Positions 1 through 12,504 of a stretch of DNA of 63,263 nucleotides are shown in pieces. This DNA is from Terriglobia bacterium (GTDB taxonomy: Bacteria > Acidobacteriota > Terriglobia > Bryobacterales > Bryobacteraceae): contig JAFAWA010000038.1 of NCBI GenBank assembly GCA_019242155.1, positions 1-63,263 on the forward strand, in the 5' to 3' direction. The notes beneath the pieces were generated by a model. That model was not told where the DNA came from. It was given only the letters and a program-made list of their open reading frames with translations, and searched no databases. Every line of letters begins with the position of its first letter. Position 1 is the first letter of the stretch. A program made the translations under genes and the position numbers.

Positions 1-876
1 CTGTTTTCCGTCGGGAGTAAACTCTGGCGTTTCGTTTACCGAAGCGACCTGGTTATAAAACGGCAATTGCCGAACCGGATCCACTGAAAAAATGAATATA
101 CCAGGATTACCGCGCGCGTAGCTAGTGAACGCTATTTTTGCCGCATCGGGAGAAATTGCGGGCTGAATGGAAAGAGAATTGAAATGAGTAAGTTGCCGCT
201 GATTGGAGCCGTCGGGATCCATCATCCATATTTCTTTATCATGGGAATTTCCGGTCCGGTTGGAAACAAAGATAATTTTAGTTCCAAAAAGAGATTGGCC
301 GCCGAAAAGAGCAAGAATATCGGCTGCGAATTCATGGGCTACTTTGCGCGCGCCGGCTTCATCGACCGGTCCTAAATACCGTTTCGCGATGACCTGGGCG
401 TTGGCCGCAGTACCGCGGCTCAGATCGAACAGCCAGCCGTAGAGCACGAATACGTTATTGGTTACGGCAGTGTAGCCGAATGCCAGGTAATTGGCGGAAG
501 CGGGCGGGCCGGACCAGTCCGTGAGCCATAGGCCGCCGCCGCTCTTCGGTACGACGATCTCATTGCGGTTCCGGGCGCGGGGCGTTTCAGCCGCGGGCGG
601 AGGAGGTTCGCGGAAATCGGACGGCTGCTGTGGGATGGTGGTGGGGTACATCGTCTTAGGGACGAGACGAACCACCGGGGCGGCAGCTATGTCGGCGCGA
701 AGGGTATCGTTAAAGACCCCCATTAGCGGCTGGGCCGCGCCGCTCCCGCGAAGATCGGGGACAGCGATCGCAGGCTTATTCGAACCGGTGATCGTCCCGC
801 GAATATCGGGATTTTGCGCCCACAACATCACCAAACAGCCGGATACCGGTGCTAAAAACCAGATGAATTTTCTCAT
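1..876 (-). CDS. tolB: Tol-Pal system beta-propeller protein TolB, N-terminal 292 codons (3' end runs off the window start)
   Basis: Not in the ORF track because it is open at the window edge. My minus-strand translation from the ATG (rc of cat 874-876) gives MRKFIWFLAPVSGCLVMLWAQ (signal peptide), then IIFVSNRTGNSHDKEIWMMDPDGSNQRQLTHFNSLSIQPAISPDAAKIAFTSYARGNPGIFIF, a typical TolB propeller repeat. It abuts the stop of the TonB/TolA-like gene at 877. Confidence 0.8.
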   Translation of the reverse strand, partial: MRKFIWFLAPVSGCLVMLWAQNPDIRGTITGSNKPAIAVPDLRGSGAAQPLMGVFNDTLRADIAAAPVVRLVPKTMYPTTIPQQPSDFREPPPPAAETPRARNRNEIVVPKSGGGLWLTDWSGPPASANYLAFGYTAVTNNVFVLYGWLFDLSRGTAANAQVIAKRYLGPVDEAGARKVAHEFAADILALFGGQSLFGTKIIFVSNRTGNSHDKEIWMMDPDGSNQRQLTHFNSLSIQPAISPDAAKIAFTSYARGNPGIFIFSVDPVRQLPFYNQVASVNETPEFTPDGKQ

Positions 877-1674
877 TCAACGCCTCAATTCAAATACAAA
901 TTCCACGTCCGCCGAACTCCGCGAAAATCCGGAAGGAAGCGCCGGAAACGGCGCGGAATCGAGAATCGCCCGCTGGGCGGACAGATCGAGCGCAGCAATT
1001 CCGCTGCGCTGCTCCACGCGGACCGAGCCCGAAGGCACGGATCCATCGCGCTCGATAGTGAAGGTCAAAATCAGTTGAGGGGCCGACTGTATGCGGGGAT
1101 CAATGTCGGTGGTACGCCAGTTCCGGGCCACTTTGTCGCGCACCAGATTCGCGTACCAGCCGAACTGGAAACCAAACGGAGAATTGTTCCCGATGCCCAC
1201 GCCGCCTGCTCCGGGCAGTGCGTACATGGGCGAGACCAGCGCCTTGTTTTCGCTGTAGAGTTGATTCGGAAGATCCTTTTGGGCCTCCCGGAACTTGTTC
1301 GGTTCCGAAGCAGCCTCGGAAGGCTTTTTGGGCGCGTTACGGCTTTTGAGCGGGATGGAATCCGGTTCAGGCTCTTTGATTGCGGGTTTTGGTTTGGCCT
1401 TGACGGGCGGCTCGGGAACCCGCGACTCGCTATTGCTCGCCACGGGATTGATGGGCCCGCTGCGCGCGGGCAGCGGTATTTTGGAGACGGCGGTGACGGC
1501 CACGGAGCCGAACCTTCCCCCGTTGAAATCGCCGAACTGCGTCTTGGGACGGCCTCCCGCCCAAAAGTTGAACCCCGCCACGGACGCCACAATCAGAAGA
1601 TGAAGGGCAAGCGAACCAAAGAACCATTTCCCAAGCGGATCCGGCCGCTCGAAAATATCGGCATGCGCGCTCAT
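877..1674 (-). CDS. TonB-family energy transducer occupying the TolA position
   Basis: 265-aa ORF. It has an N-terminal TM helix (WFFGSLALHLLIVASVAGF), a Pro/Lys/Glu-rich linker (PEPPVKAKPKPAIKEPEPD) and a TonB_C-like C-terminus (LILTFTIERDGSV..VEQRSGIAALDLSAQRAILDSAPFPALP). It lies between the tolR-like gene and tolB, with a 4-nt overlap with the tolR stop. Confidence 0.75.
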   Translation of the reverse strand: MSAHADIFERPDPLGKWFFGSLALHLLIVASVAGFNFWAGGRPKTQFGDFNGGRFGSVAVTAVSKIPLPARSGPINPVASNSESRVPEPPVKAKPKPAIKEPEPDSIPLKSRNAPKKPSEAASEPNKFREAQKDLPNQLYSENKALVSPMYALPGAGGVGIGNNSPFGFQFGWYANLVRDKVARNWRTTDIDPRIQSAPQLILTFTIERDGSVPSGSVRVEQRSGIAALDLSAQRAILDSAPFPALPSGFSRSSADVEFVFELRR

Positions 1675-2114
1675 CTCCGGCCCTGAGCCCTGGTGTCTTC
1701 GGGCTGTGTCACCACATTGACTTGGAAACCGGCGGCGCCCAAGGTCGCGAGCACCTGAGCGATGGGCTGAAACACCGTGTCCTTATCGGCGCGCACATAG
1801 ACTGCCTTGGCCTTGCTGCCGAAGCGCTTTTGTATAGCAGCGGCCAGCTCGTTGATGTTTATGGGGTCTTTGTCCAGGTAGGTGTCGCCTTCTTTGGTCA
1901 GGTTGATGACCGGCAACTCCTGGGCGGTATCGCGCACTGCTCGAACCTTGGGGACATCGATCTGGATACCGAACTCCATCACATGGGCGGTGAGCATGAA
2001 AATGATCAGCAGCACCAGGACGACATCGACAAAAGGCGTGACGTTAATTTCCGAGAGAGTTCCCGAGGTGCGCCGCCTGGAGCTGAAGCCGCCGCCATTA
2101 GTGGAGAACGCCAT
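1671..2114 (-). CDS. tolR: ExbD/TolR family biopolymer transport protein
   Basis: 147 aa with the ExbD/TolR signature INVTPFVDVVLVLLIIFMLTA followed by a periplasmic domain. It directly abuts the tolQ-like stop (2114/2115). The tolR assignment rests on the downstream tolB. Confidence 0.8.
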   Translation of the reverse strand: MAFSTNGGGFSSRRRTSGTLSEINVTPFVDVVLVLLIIFMLTAHVMEFGIQIDVPKVRAVRDTAQELPVINLTKEGDTYLDKDPININELAAAIQKRFGSKAKAVYVRADKDTVFQPIAQVLATLGAAGFQVNVVTQPEDTRAQGRR

Positions 2115-2801
2115 TCAATCCCCGAAATTGCGCTCGGCCAGGTTCAGAAATTCGAGAGAGAAATCGTCCATTCGAGCGGCGATCTGGCGAATGGATTGGC
2201 CGAGCTGGTTGTAGAAGATGTTCGCCGGAATGGCTGCAAACAGGCCGAAGGCGGTAGCGATCAGCGCCCCGGAAATGCCGGGCGCGACGGTACGCAGGCT
2301 GGTGCTGCCCTCCTGCGCGAGATCTTGAAAGGCCCGGATGATTCCCCAAACCGTGCCGAACAGGCCGATGAAGGGGGTCACCGAGGCGGTAGTCGCGAGC
2401 CATTGCATGTTGCGCTCGAGCTTGGCAAGCTCCTCGCTGACGCCCAACTGTAAGGTGCGCTCGACCGCGGCCCGGTTGGTCACAGCACCTCGTTTTTTTA
2501 CCTGGCGCTCTACCTCTTCGTACCCGAAATCGAAAACACCGACCAGGGGAGATGGTCGAAACTGCTCACTGGCCACCACGGCGCCTTCGAGGCCGTTAGC
2601 CTTGCGAAACGCGCGCAGAAAGCGGGCATTGGTCTGCCGGGCGCTGCGCAGCGCGCTCCATTTGGCGAAGATCACAGTCCAGGAAAAAAGCGAGAAGCAG
2701 ATCAGAATGCCCACGACCGCCCCCTCCAGCGCATCCGTGCGCTGCACCATTTCCAATAAATTTACCTGGAGTAGGAGGGCGAGGGGAGTCTCGAATGTCA
2801 A
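2115..2801 (-). CDS. tolQ: MotA/TolQ/ExbB proton-channel protein
   Basis: 228 aa with three TM segments and the conserved core TVAPGISGALIATAFGLFAAIPANIFYN. It is the first gene of the tolQ-tolR-tonB/tolA-tolB string. Confidence 0.85.
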   Translation of the reverse strand: MTFETPLALLLQVNLLEMVQRTDALEGAVVGILICFSLFSWTVIFAKWSALRSARQTNARFLRAFRKANGLEGAVVASEQFRPSPLVGVFDFGYEEVERQVKKRGAVTNRAAVERTLQLGVSEELAKLERNMQWLATTASVTPFIGLFGTVWGIIRAFQDLAQEGSTSLRTVAPGISGALIATAFGLFAAIPANIFYNQLGQSIRQIAARMDDFSLEFLNLAERNFGD

Positions 2802-2964
2802 TTCGTCTCCTTGTCCAAATCTATCATATAGACGGCGGAGGGCACTCGAAAGACTACGCTAAAACGCGGGTGGTTCCGTACCACAGTTGGGGGCATCTAT
2901 AAACCGCTTTACGCATGCGCCGCGCGACGCCGCCACTGCTTCGGTCCGTTATAATCGCCTCAGA

Positions 2965-4635
2965 ATGCTTCTCGAGTTGGTCGTGGAGAACTACGCGGTC
3001 ATCGAGCGTGCGCGCGTTCGTTTTCATCCGGGGCTGAATCTCCTCACAGGCGAGACCGGCAGCGGTAAATCCATCGTCGTAGATGCATTGGGCCTCCTGT
3101 TGGGCGCGCGTGCCTCGGGAGAAGCGGTGCGAAGCGGCGCGGTACGATCCAGAGTCGCGGGAATCTTCGATGTGCGGGAAGTTGCCGCCGTCCGGCCGCT
3201 GCTCGACCAAGCCGGTATTGAGCCCGATGAGGGCGAGTTACTGGTCGAGCGGGAGGTACTGGCCGAAGGAAAATCGCGCGCATTTATCGGCAGCCGGCCT
3301 GTGGCAGTGTCGCTACTGAGAGAATTGGCGCCATTCCTCGCTGATATTCACGGTCAGCATGACCAGCAACTTCTCTTTCACAGCGACACCCAGCGCGAGA
3401 TGCTCGATGGCTTCGCGCGATGCGAAGAACTGAGAGCCGAAGTCGCAGCGGCATTTGAACGATGGCGGGGCGCGGTGGAAGAACTGGAGGTACTGGAGCG
3501 CTCCGAGCAGGAGAAGATCCGGCTGGCCGACCTGCTGCACTATCAACGCAACGAAATTGAGGCCGCCGATCTCTCGCCCGGCGAAGATGCGGCCCTCGAA
3601 AACGAACGGCGCGTCCTGCTGAATGTGCAGCGCCTTCAGGAATTGGCGGGCGCGGCGTACGCAGCCGCTTACGACAGTCCTGATTCGGCGCTAAGCTTGA
3701 CCCGCACCGCGTCCAAACGCGCGGAAGAGGTGTGCCGGATCGACCCCAATTTAGAACCGGCTCTCTTACAACTGGGAGCCGCAGCAATCGCGCTCGATGA
3801 GGCTTCCTATGCGCTTCGCGACTATTTGGGGCGGCTCGAACCGAATCCCGCCCGCCTGGAGGAGATCGAAGCACGGCTGGCCGCGATGGACCGGTTAAAA
3901 CGCAAGTATGGCCAGTCAGTCGAGGAGATCTTGAGTTTTCTCGAACAGGTCCGCGCACAGATCTCTACCGTAGAGAACGCGGGCGAGCGAGCGCAGGAAC
4001 TGCGGCGTTTGCAGGCGGGCTACGCGGCCGAATACGAGAAGCTGGCCGGGGAACTGCACCATGTGCGAATCGCGGCGGTGCGCAAGCTGCAAAAACGCGT
4101 GGAAGCGGAGTTGGCCCACCTTGCCATGGAGCGCACTGCATTTCGCGTCGAAATCACTGCCGCGAATTGGGCGAGCCACGGAGCCCACGCAATTCAGTTT
4201 CTGGTGTCGGCCAACCCGGGGGAGCCGCCGCGCGCGCTCGAAAAAGTGGCCTCGGGCGGCGAGCTTTCCCGCATCGCGCTGGCACTCAAAACTTGCCTAA
4301 GCGCGCCAAAGACGGACCGGATGCGCACACTGGTATTCGACGAAGTGGATGCGGGCGTGGGCGGTGGTGCGGCAGAAGGGATCGGCCGGCGTCTGAAGCG
4401 GCTGGCGGGAGCCGATCAGGTGCTTTGCGTCACCCACCTACCGCAGATCGCATCCTTTGCCGACCACCACTATGTGGTCAAAAAGCGTCATACCGGCGGG
4501 CGGACTGTGGCCGAGGTGGAAGAACTGGACAACGAAGGCCGCACTCGAGAGATCGGCCGCATGTTATCCGGCCAACAGCTGACTCCGGAAGCGCTCAAAC
4601 ATGCCGAGCAGCTCATTCGGATGAGCTTGAATTAG
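2965..4635 (+). CDS. recN: DNA repair protein RecN
   Basis: The track ORF is 2887-4635, but the conserved RecN N-terminus begins at Met27 (ATG 2965): MLLELVVENYAVIERARVRFHPGLNLLTGETGSGKSI (Walker A). A long coiled-coil middle follows, then SGGELSRIALALK and Walker B LVFDEVDAGVGG. Confidence 0.93.
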   Translation: MLLELVVENYAVIERARVRFHPGLNLLTGETGSGKSIVVDALGLLLGARASGEAVRSGAVRSRVAGIFDVREVAAVRPLLDQAGIEPDEGELLVEREVLAEGKSRAFIGSRPVAVSLLRELAPFLADIHGQHDQQLLFHSDTQREMLDGFARCEELRAEVAAAFERWRGAVEELEVLERSEQEKIRLADLLHYQRNEIEAADLSPGEDAALENERRVLLNVQRLQELAGAAYAAAYDSPDSALSLTRTASKRAEEVCRIDPNLEPALLQLGAAAIALDEASYALRDYLGRLEPNPARLEEIEARLAAMDRLKRKYGQSVEEILSFLEQVRAQISTVENAGERAQELRRLQAGYAAEYEKLAGELHHVRIAAVRKLQKRVEAELAHLAMERTAFRVEITAANWASHGAHAIQFLVSANPGEPPRALEKVASGGELSRIALALKTCLSAPKTDRMRTLVFDEVDAGVGGGAAEGIGRRLKRLAGADQVLCVTHLPQIASFADHHYVVKKRHTGGRTVAEVEELDNEGRTREIGRMLSGQQLTPEALKHAEQLIRMSLN

Positions 4636-4691
4636 CAAAGCGCGTCGGGTGTGATCATTGGGACTCTTCGCCGGCCTGGGCGGCTGCGCGT

Positions 4692-4829
4692 TTAGTCCCA
4701 AGGTGCGGCGATCACGCGGCGGCACTTCGCGCAGTGGTAATGGCCGTGAATGGGCCACGTGGCGCCCCGGTGCATCAATGTGCACCAAAAGTCGCTGATT
4801 CGCGTGAACTGCTTCCTTACTTCACTCAT
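4692..4829 (-). CDS. Candidate 45-aa Cys/His-rich small protein (possible zinc ribbon)
   Basis: Below the track size cut-off. My translation is MSEVRKQFTRISDFWCTLMHRGATWPIHGHYHCAKCRRVIAAPWD. The ATG (rc of cat 4827-4829) is preceded by GGGAG. It lies in the otherwise empty 320-bp recN/gyrB convergent spacer. It has four potential Zn ligand positions (C..H ... C..C). Confidence 0.35.
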   Translation of the reverse strand: MSEVRKQFTRISDFWCTLMHRGATWPIHGHYHCAKCRRVIAAPWD

Positions 4830-4955
4830 ACTCCCTGCCTCTTTACTGGATTAGATGCTGCGAACCAGATTGGAGTTTCGGAACCGCATCGAGCGGGCCT
4901 TCCGAATGTGATACGAGTGAGGTCTGGTTACGGATTTCTCGAGAGACGTGGGGCC

Positions 4956-8593
<3,638 letters not shown>

Positions 8594-8825
8594 CGGCGCT
8601 AACTCCTATTCCTGGAGCCTGTAAAGAACACAATATAAATACCGTGTTTATCAGGCCTGTGCAAACTGTCGAAGTGCACCTAAATTATACTAAATTCAAC
8701 TACTTTTCGCTACGTCAGACTGCGGAGAACCGGTGCGTAAAAACCGGAAAATCGACGCGTCCAGAGCTTTTGCACAGATTTCCTGAGAGGGTTTTAATGG
8801 CCGGCTGTGGAAAGGCCGGAAAACC
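8594..8825. other. Candidate oriC / DnaA-box region in the dnaA-dnaN spacer
   Basis: 232-bp non-coding spacer with AT-rich tracts (aacacaatataaatacc; taaattatactaaattcaactactttt). Degenerate DnaA boxes are ttttgcaca at 8768-8776 (7/9 to TTATCCACA) and tgtggaaag at 8806-8814 (7/9 to TGTGGATAA). No perfect box is present. Confidence 0.35.
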
Positions 8826-10136
8826 TCATTGCAATGAGTCCATTAGGATGTGGAGCAATCTGTTGAGTTCCGGTTCGGTCTTGCGCATCCGCTCAATTTT
8901 TTGGATGGAGTGGATGACGGTCGTGTGGTGTTTGCCGCCGAAGGCGCGCCCGATTTCGGGCAGGGAAGCGTTCGTCAATTCCTTGACGAGATACATGGCT
9001 ACCTGCCGCGGGTAGACCACTTTCTTGGTATTGCTCTTCTCTTTGAGCTGTGCCTGGCGGATCTGAAAGCGTTCGGCCACGGCCTTCTGAATGGCATCAA
9101 TGCTTACGCGCCGCTCCTGCAACTGCACCAGATTGCGGAGCACCTGCTGCGTCATCTGCAGATTGATGGGCACGCTCGTCAATGACGAATACGCCATCAG
9201 TTTAATCAGCGCGCCTTCGAGTTCCCGAACGTTGTGTTTGGTCTTAGAGGCGAGGAAAGAACGGACGTCATCGGGCAGCAGGACCCCTTGCGCTTCGGCC
9301 TTCTTGTCCAGAATAGCCATTTTGGTTTCGAGATCCGGCGGCTGAATATCCGCGATCAGTCCCCATTCAAACCGCGACCGGAGACGTTCCACCAGGCCCG
9401 GGATCTCTTTGGGAGGCGCGTCACTCGAGATCACGATCTGCTTTTGATGATCGTGCAGCTCGTTGAAGGTATGAAAGAACTCTTCCTGCGTGCGCTCTTT
9501 GCTGCCGATAATCTGAATGTCGTCGATCAGCAGAGCGTCGGCTTCGCGGTAGCGATGATGGAAATGGTGCATTCTGTCAGTGCGAATCGAACTGACCATC
9601 TCGTTGACGAAGCGTTCGCTCGAGGTGTAAACCACGCGCATCGTCACGAAATTCTGCATCAACGCGCGGCCGATGGCATGCATCAGGTGAGTCTTGCCCA
9701 TGCCCACTCCGCCATAAATGAACAGCGGGTTATAGCTTCGGGAAGGGGTTGTAGCCACCGAACGCGCGGCGGCATGCGCGAACTGGTTGCAGGAACCCAC
9801 GACGAACGAGTCGAAGGTAAACTTCGGGTTCAATTGACCGGCGGGGGAATCGCTTTCCGGGGCGCTCTCCGGGCTCGACGTGGGCGCGGGTGCGGCGCCG
9901 TCCATCGTGCTCTCATACACCACCCTATGGATCGGTAATCGCAGTTCCCGGATCGCTTCCGCCACCAGAATCTGGTATTCACTCTCGAGCCAGAGCCGCG
10001 TCTCGCGGTCGGGCACGGAAACTACTAAGCTGTTCCCGTCCAGGGCCCGAAACTTTGCCGTCCGAAGCCAATTTTCGTAACTTTCCGCGCTGATTCTGGG
10101 CTGCAGGTAATTGCGAATCTGATCCCAATAGTTCAT
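8826..10136 (-). CDS. dnaA: Chromosomal replication initiator DnaA
   Basis: 436 aa with the AAA+ core LFIYGGVGMGKTHLMHAIG and Walker B ALLIDDIQ. The C-terminal DNA-binding domain reads RQVAMYLVKELTNASLPEIGRAFGGKHHTTVIHSIQKIE. Confidence 0.97.
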   Translation of the reverse strand: MNYWDQIRNYLQPRISAESYENWLRTAKFRALDGNSLVVSVPDRETRLWLESEYQILVAEAIRELRLPIHRVVYESTMDGAAPAPTSSPESAPESDSPAGQLNPKFTFDSFVVGSCNQFAHAAARSVATTPSRSYNPLFIYGGVGMGKTHLMHAIGRALMQNFVTMRVVYTSSERFVNEMVSSIRTDRMHHFHHRYREADALLIDDIQIIGSKERTQEEFFHTFNELHDHQKQIVISSDAPPKEIPGLVERLRSRFEWGLIADIQPPDLETKMAILDKKAEAQGVLLPDDVRSFLASKTKHNVRELEGALIKLMAYSSLTSVPINLQMTQQVLRNLVQLQERRVSIDAIQKAVAERFQIRQAQLKEKSNTKKVVYPRQVAMYLVKELTNASLPEIGRAFGGKHHTTVIHSIQKIERMRKTEPELNRLLHILMDSLQ

Positions 10137-10318
10137 CGTTTAGACACACTACTGGCACCCCCGTTCCCTTACTGGTAGGATCGCGCGGTGCGCAATTTCG
10201 GCGAATAGCAAGCCGGCCGGATTCACCCTCTCGGCCAGCCGGATTGTAGTCTAGCACAGCGGCGCGGTCTTGCCGCAACAATATAAGTGAAACACCTTCA
10301 ATGATTTAACTCAAACGT

Positions 10319-10347
10319 TTGACACCCCGAATGTTTCTGGTACAGAA
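10319..10347 (+). promoter_or_regulatory. Putative sigma70-type promoter for tRNA-Gly (and possibly bfr)
   Basis: A perfect -35 TTGACA (10319-10324) is followed by a 16-nt spacer and tacagaat (a weak -10). It ends about 17 nt before the tRNA 5' end. Confidence 0.3.
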
Positions 10348-10363
10348 TAAAAGTCTCTCTCGG

Positions 10364-10439
10364 GCGGGAGTAACTCAGCTGGTAGAGTGCGACCTTGCCA
10401 AGGTCGATGTCGCGGGTTCGAATCCCGTCTCCCGCTCCA
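10364..10439 (+). tRNA. tRNA-Gly (anticodon GCC), CCA encoded
   Basis: Hand-folded 76-nt cloverleaf. Acceptor stem GCGGGAG/CTCCCGC, D arm ACTC-AGCTGGTA-GAGT, anticodon arm CGACC-TTGCCAA-GGTCG (GCC), variable loop ATGTC, T arm GCGGG-TTCGAAT-CCCGT, discriminator T, then CCA. Confidence 0.93.
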
Positions 10440-10491
10440 AATTCCCGATTCCTCTCCCGGCTCTTTCGGCATCGCTGTTACAATCTCAACA

Positions 10492-10971
10492 ATGCAAGGT
10501 AACCCAACTGTGATCGCCGCGTTAAACGAGGCGTTAAAAGAGGAACTGACCGCAATCAACCAGTATTTCCTGCATGCGGAGATGTGCGAGAACTGGCACT
10601 ACAGTAAGCTCGGTGACTTCATTCGCAAACAGTCGATCGATGAAATGCGGCATGCCGAGTCGCTCATCGAGCGAATCCTGTTTCTAGACGGTACGCCGAA
10701 CCTGACCGAGTTGATGCGTCTGAATGTCGGGCAGAACGTGAAAGAGCAACTGGAGAGTGATTACAAGCTCGAAGTCAGCGCGGTGGGCATGTACAACCGG
10801 CTGATCAGTGTTGCCCGCGACAATCATGACAACGCCTCGCGGGAGCTTCTCGAGAAGCTCTTGAGAGACGAGGAAGAGCACGTAGACTGGCTCGAGGCAC
10901 AGCTACATCAGATTCGAGAGATTGGCTACGAACGCTACCTTTCCCAGCAGATCCGCGACGAAAAAGAATGA
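10492..10971 (+). CDS. bfr: Bacterioferritin
   Basis: The track ORF 10387-10971 overlaps the tRNA, so the real start is ATG 10492: MQGNPTVIAALNEALKEELTAINQYFLHAEM...DEMRHAESLIERILFLDG...EEEHVDWLEAQL. Ferroxidase Glu/His ligands and the heme-ligand Met region are present. Confidence 0.93.
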   Translation: MQGNPTVIAALNEALKEELTAINQYFLHAEMCENWHYSKLGDFIRKQSIDEMRHAESLIERILFLDGTPNLTELMRLNVGQNVKEQLESDYKLEVSAVGMYNRLISVARDNHDNASRELLEKLLRDEEEHVDWLEAQLHQIREIGYERYLSQQIRDEKE

Positions 10972-10972
10972 C

Positions 10973-11944
10973 GTGGTTCCCGTTCTCGAACTGCGAAACC
11001 TGACAAAACAGTATCCCGGTCATTGCGCCGTAGATGGGGTGACGTTCGCACTCGAGGGCGGCAGTTTTTTTTCCCTGCTTGGACCTTCCGGCTGTGGGAA
11101 GACTACGACCTTGCGGCTGATCGGCGGTTTTGAGGAGCCGACCGCTGGGGAAGTTCTTTTGCAAGGCCGTCCGGTGAACGGTCTCAAACCCTATGAACGT
11201 AACGTCAGCACCGTATTTCAAAGCTACGCCCTGTTTCCTCATCTGAGCGCGTGGGAAAACATTGCTTTCGGTCTGAAGCGGCGGAAGATCAAGGCTGCCG
11301 AGATTGCACGCCGCGTCGCTCGGATGCTCGACTTGGTAAGTCTGGCCGGCAAGGAGTCGCGGCGCCCGTCGCAGCTCTCGGGCGGGGAACGCCAGCGAGT
11401 GGCCCTGGCCAGATCGCTCGTTCTCGAGCCCGATGTACTTCTTCTCGATGAGCCCTTGGCTGCTCTCGATCCTAAGCTTCGCCGGCAGATGCGCCTCGAA
11501 TTGAAGGCCATGCAGCGGCGCGTCGGCGTCACGTTCCTGCTCGTTACGCATGATCAGGAAGAGGCGCTTGCGCTCTCGGACCGGCTGGCCGTAATGAATC
11601 GCGGCCGGATCGAACAGATCGGATCCCCCGAAGAGGTCTACCTGAAGCCCACGAGCCGGTTTGCGGCCGGTTTTCTGGGCGAGGTCAATTGGATCGCGGG
11701 CATCGGGGTGCGGCCCGAGTCGACCCGTGTCAGCTATGAGCCGGACCCCGATCCGTCCCGCTCGCGTCCGGCTCAGGTCACTGAGACGGTGTTCCTGGGG
11801 GATTGCGTGCGGGTTCTCACCAAGCTCTCGACCGGCGAAGAGGCTGTGGCCCAGATCCCGTGCCCACAGGTCCGGTTTGCGGCCGGGGAAGCCGTATACG
11901 TTTCCTGGCACGCTACTGCCGAGATGAAGTTACCTGATCTGTAA
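10973..11944 (+). CDS. ABC transporter ATP-binding protein, PotA/FbpC-like with C-terminal TOBE-like domain (no permease adjacent)
   Basis: Walker A LLGPSGCGKTT, Q-loop, signature LSGGERQRVALARSL and Walker B LLLDEPLAALD. The track start (TTG 10922) overlaps bfr by 50 nt. GTG 10973, just after the bfr stop, is the more plausible start. Confidence 0.85.
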   Translation: MVPVLELRNLTKQYPGHCAVDGVTFALEGGSFFSLLGPSGCGKTTTLRLIGGFEEPTAGEVLLQGRPVNGLKPYERNVSTVFQSYALFPHLSAWENIAFGLKRRKIKAAEIARRVARMLDLVSLAGKESRRPSQLSGGERQRVALARSLVLEPDVLLLDEPLAALDPKLRRQMRLELKAMQRRVGVTFLLVTHDQEEALALSDRLAVMNRGRIEQIGSPEEVYLKPTSRFAAGFLGEVNWIAGIGVRPESTRVSYEPDPDPSRSRPAQVTETVFLGDCVRVLTKLSTGEEAVAQIPCPQVRFAAGEAVYVSWHATAEMKLPDL

Positions 11945-11956
11945 AGTCGCTTGTGC

Positions 11957-12469
11957 CTAGAAGGCACCTTCGTCTGCCGAGGGTCCGTAAATCGAAGGCA
12001 CCGCGACGTCATTCAGACGCAAATAGACGCCCAGCTGGGCGCGATGGTGGACCGTGTGGCTCATCACAAAGCTTCGGATCACCGCCACCCGCGGCATGCT
12101 GAGCACAGGCTTTCCTCCCATGAGAAGCGTCCACGTTTTCAAGAGGTGTTCATCGCTCGCGCCTGCCAAAGCAGCTCGTGCTTTGGTAACGTTTTCGTCG
12201 AATTTTTCGAGCAGTTCCTTTTGCGTACTTGCCATTGGCGGCGGCTGGGGCGGGGGTCCACCGGGAGGCGCGAGGTCGAGCGAATCCTTCTCGATAGTCT
12301 CCGACGTCCAGGTCGGCAGCATGGCTAAATGCGTTGACAGTTGAGCAAAGGAGAAAGACTTCGCATGGGGTTTCCAGCTCATTTTGTCGTCGGGAACACG
12401 CTCCAGAGTTTTCCTGGTGTTCGCCATTTCATGATCAAACTCGGGGAGAAGAGTTTCGGTAATGGTCAA
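11957..12469 (-). CDS. DinB-family (four-helix bundle) protein
   Basis: 170 aa. The pattern MTITETLLPEFDHEMANTRKTLERVPDDKMSWKPHAKSFSFAQLSTHLA...FVMSHTVHHRAQLGVYLRL is typical of the DinB/YfiT-like superfamily, including the His triad. Confidence 0.7.
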   Translation of the reverse strand: MTITETLLPEFDHEMANTRKTLERVPDDKMSWKPHAKSFSFAQLSTHLAMLPTWTSETIEKDSLDLAPPGGPPPQPPPMASTQKELLEKFDENVTKARAALAGASDEHLLKTWTLLMGGKPVLSMPRVAVIRSFVMSHTVHHRAQLGVYLRLNDVAVPSIYGPSADEGAF

Positions 12470-12504
12470 GGGAAGCTCCGTTAATAATCACGTCTTGATT
12501 TCGC

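Noticed and set aside
184-1078. Plus-strand ORFs of 63-195 aa at the window start.
   Set aside because: They overlap the minus-strand tolB reading frame, which translates into a clear TolB signal peptide and propeller. The plus-strand products are low-complexity.
10805-11911. 368-aa minus-strand ORF.
   Set aside because: It is antisense to the ABC ATPase gene, which has all Walker and signature motifs. It has no recognisable motifs of its own, so it is a shadow ORF.
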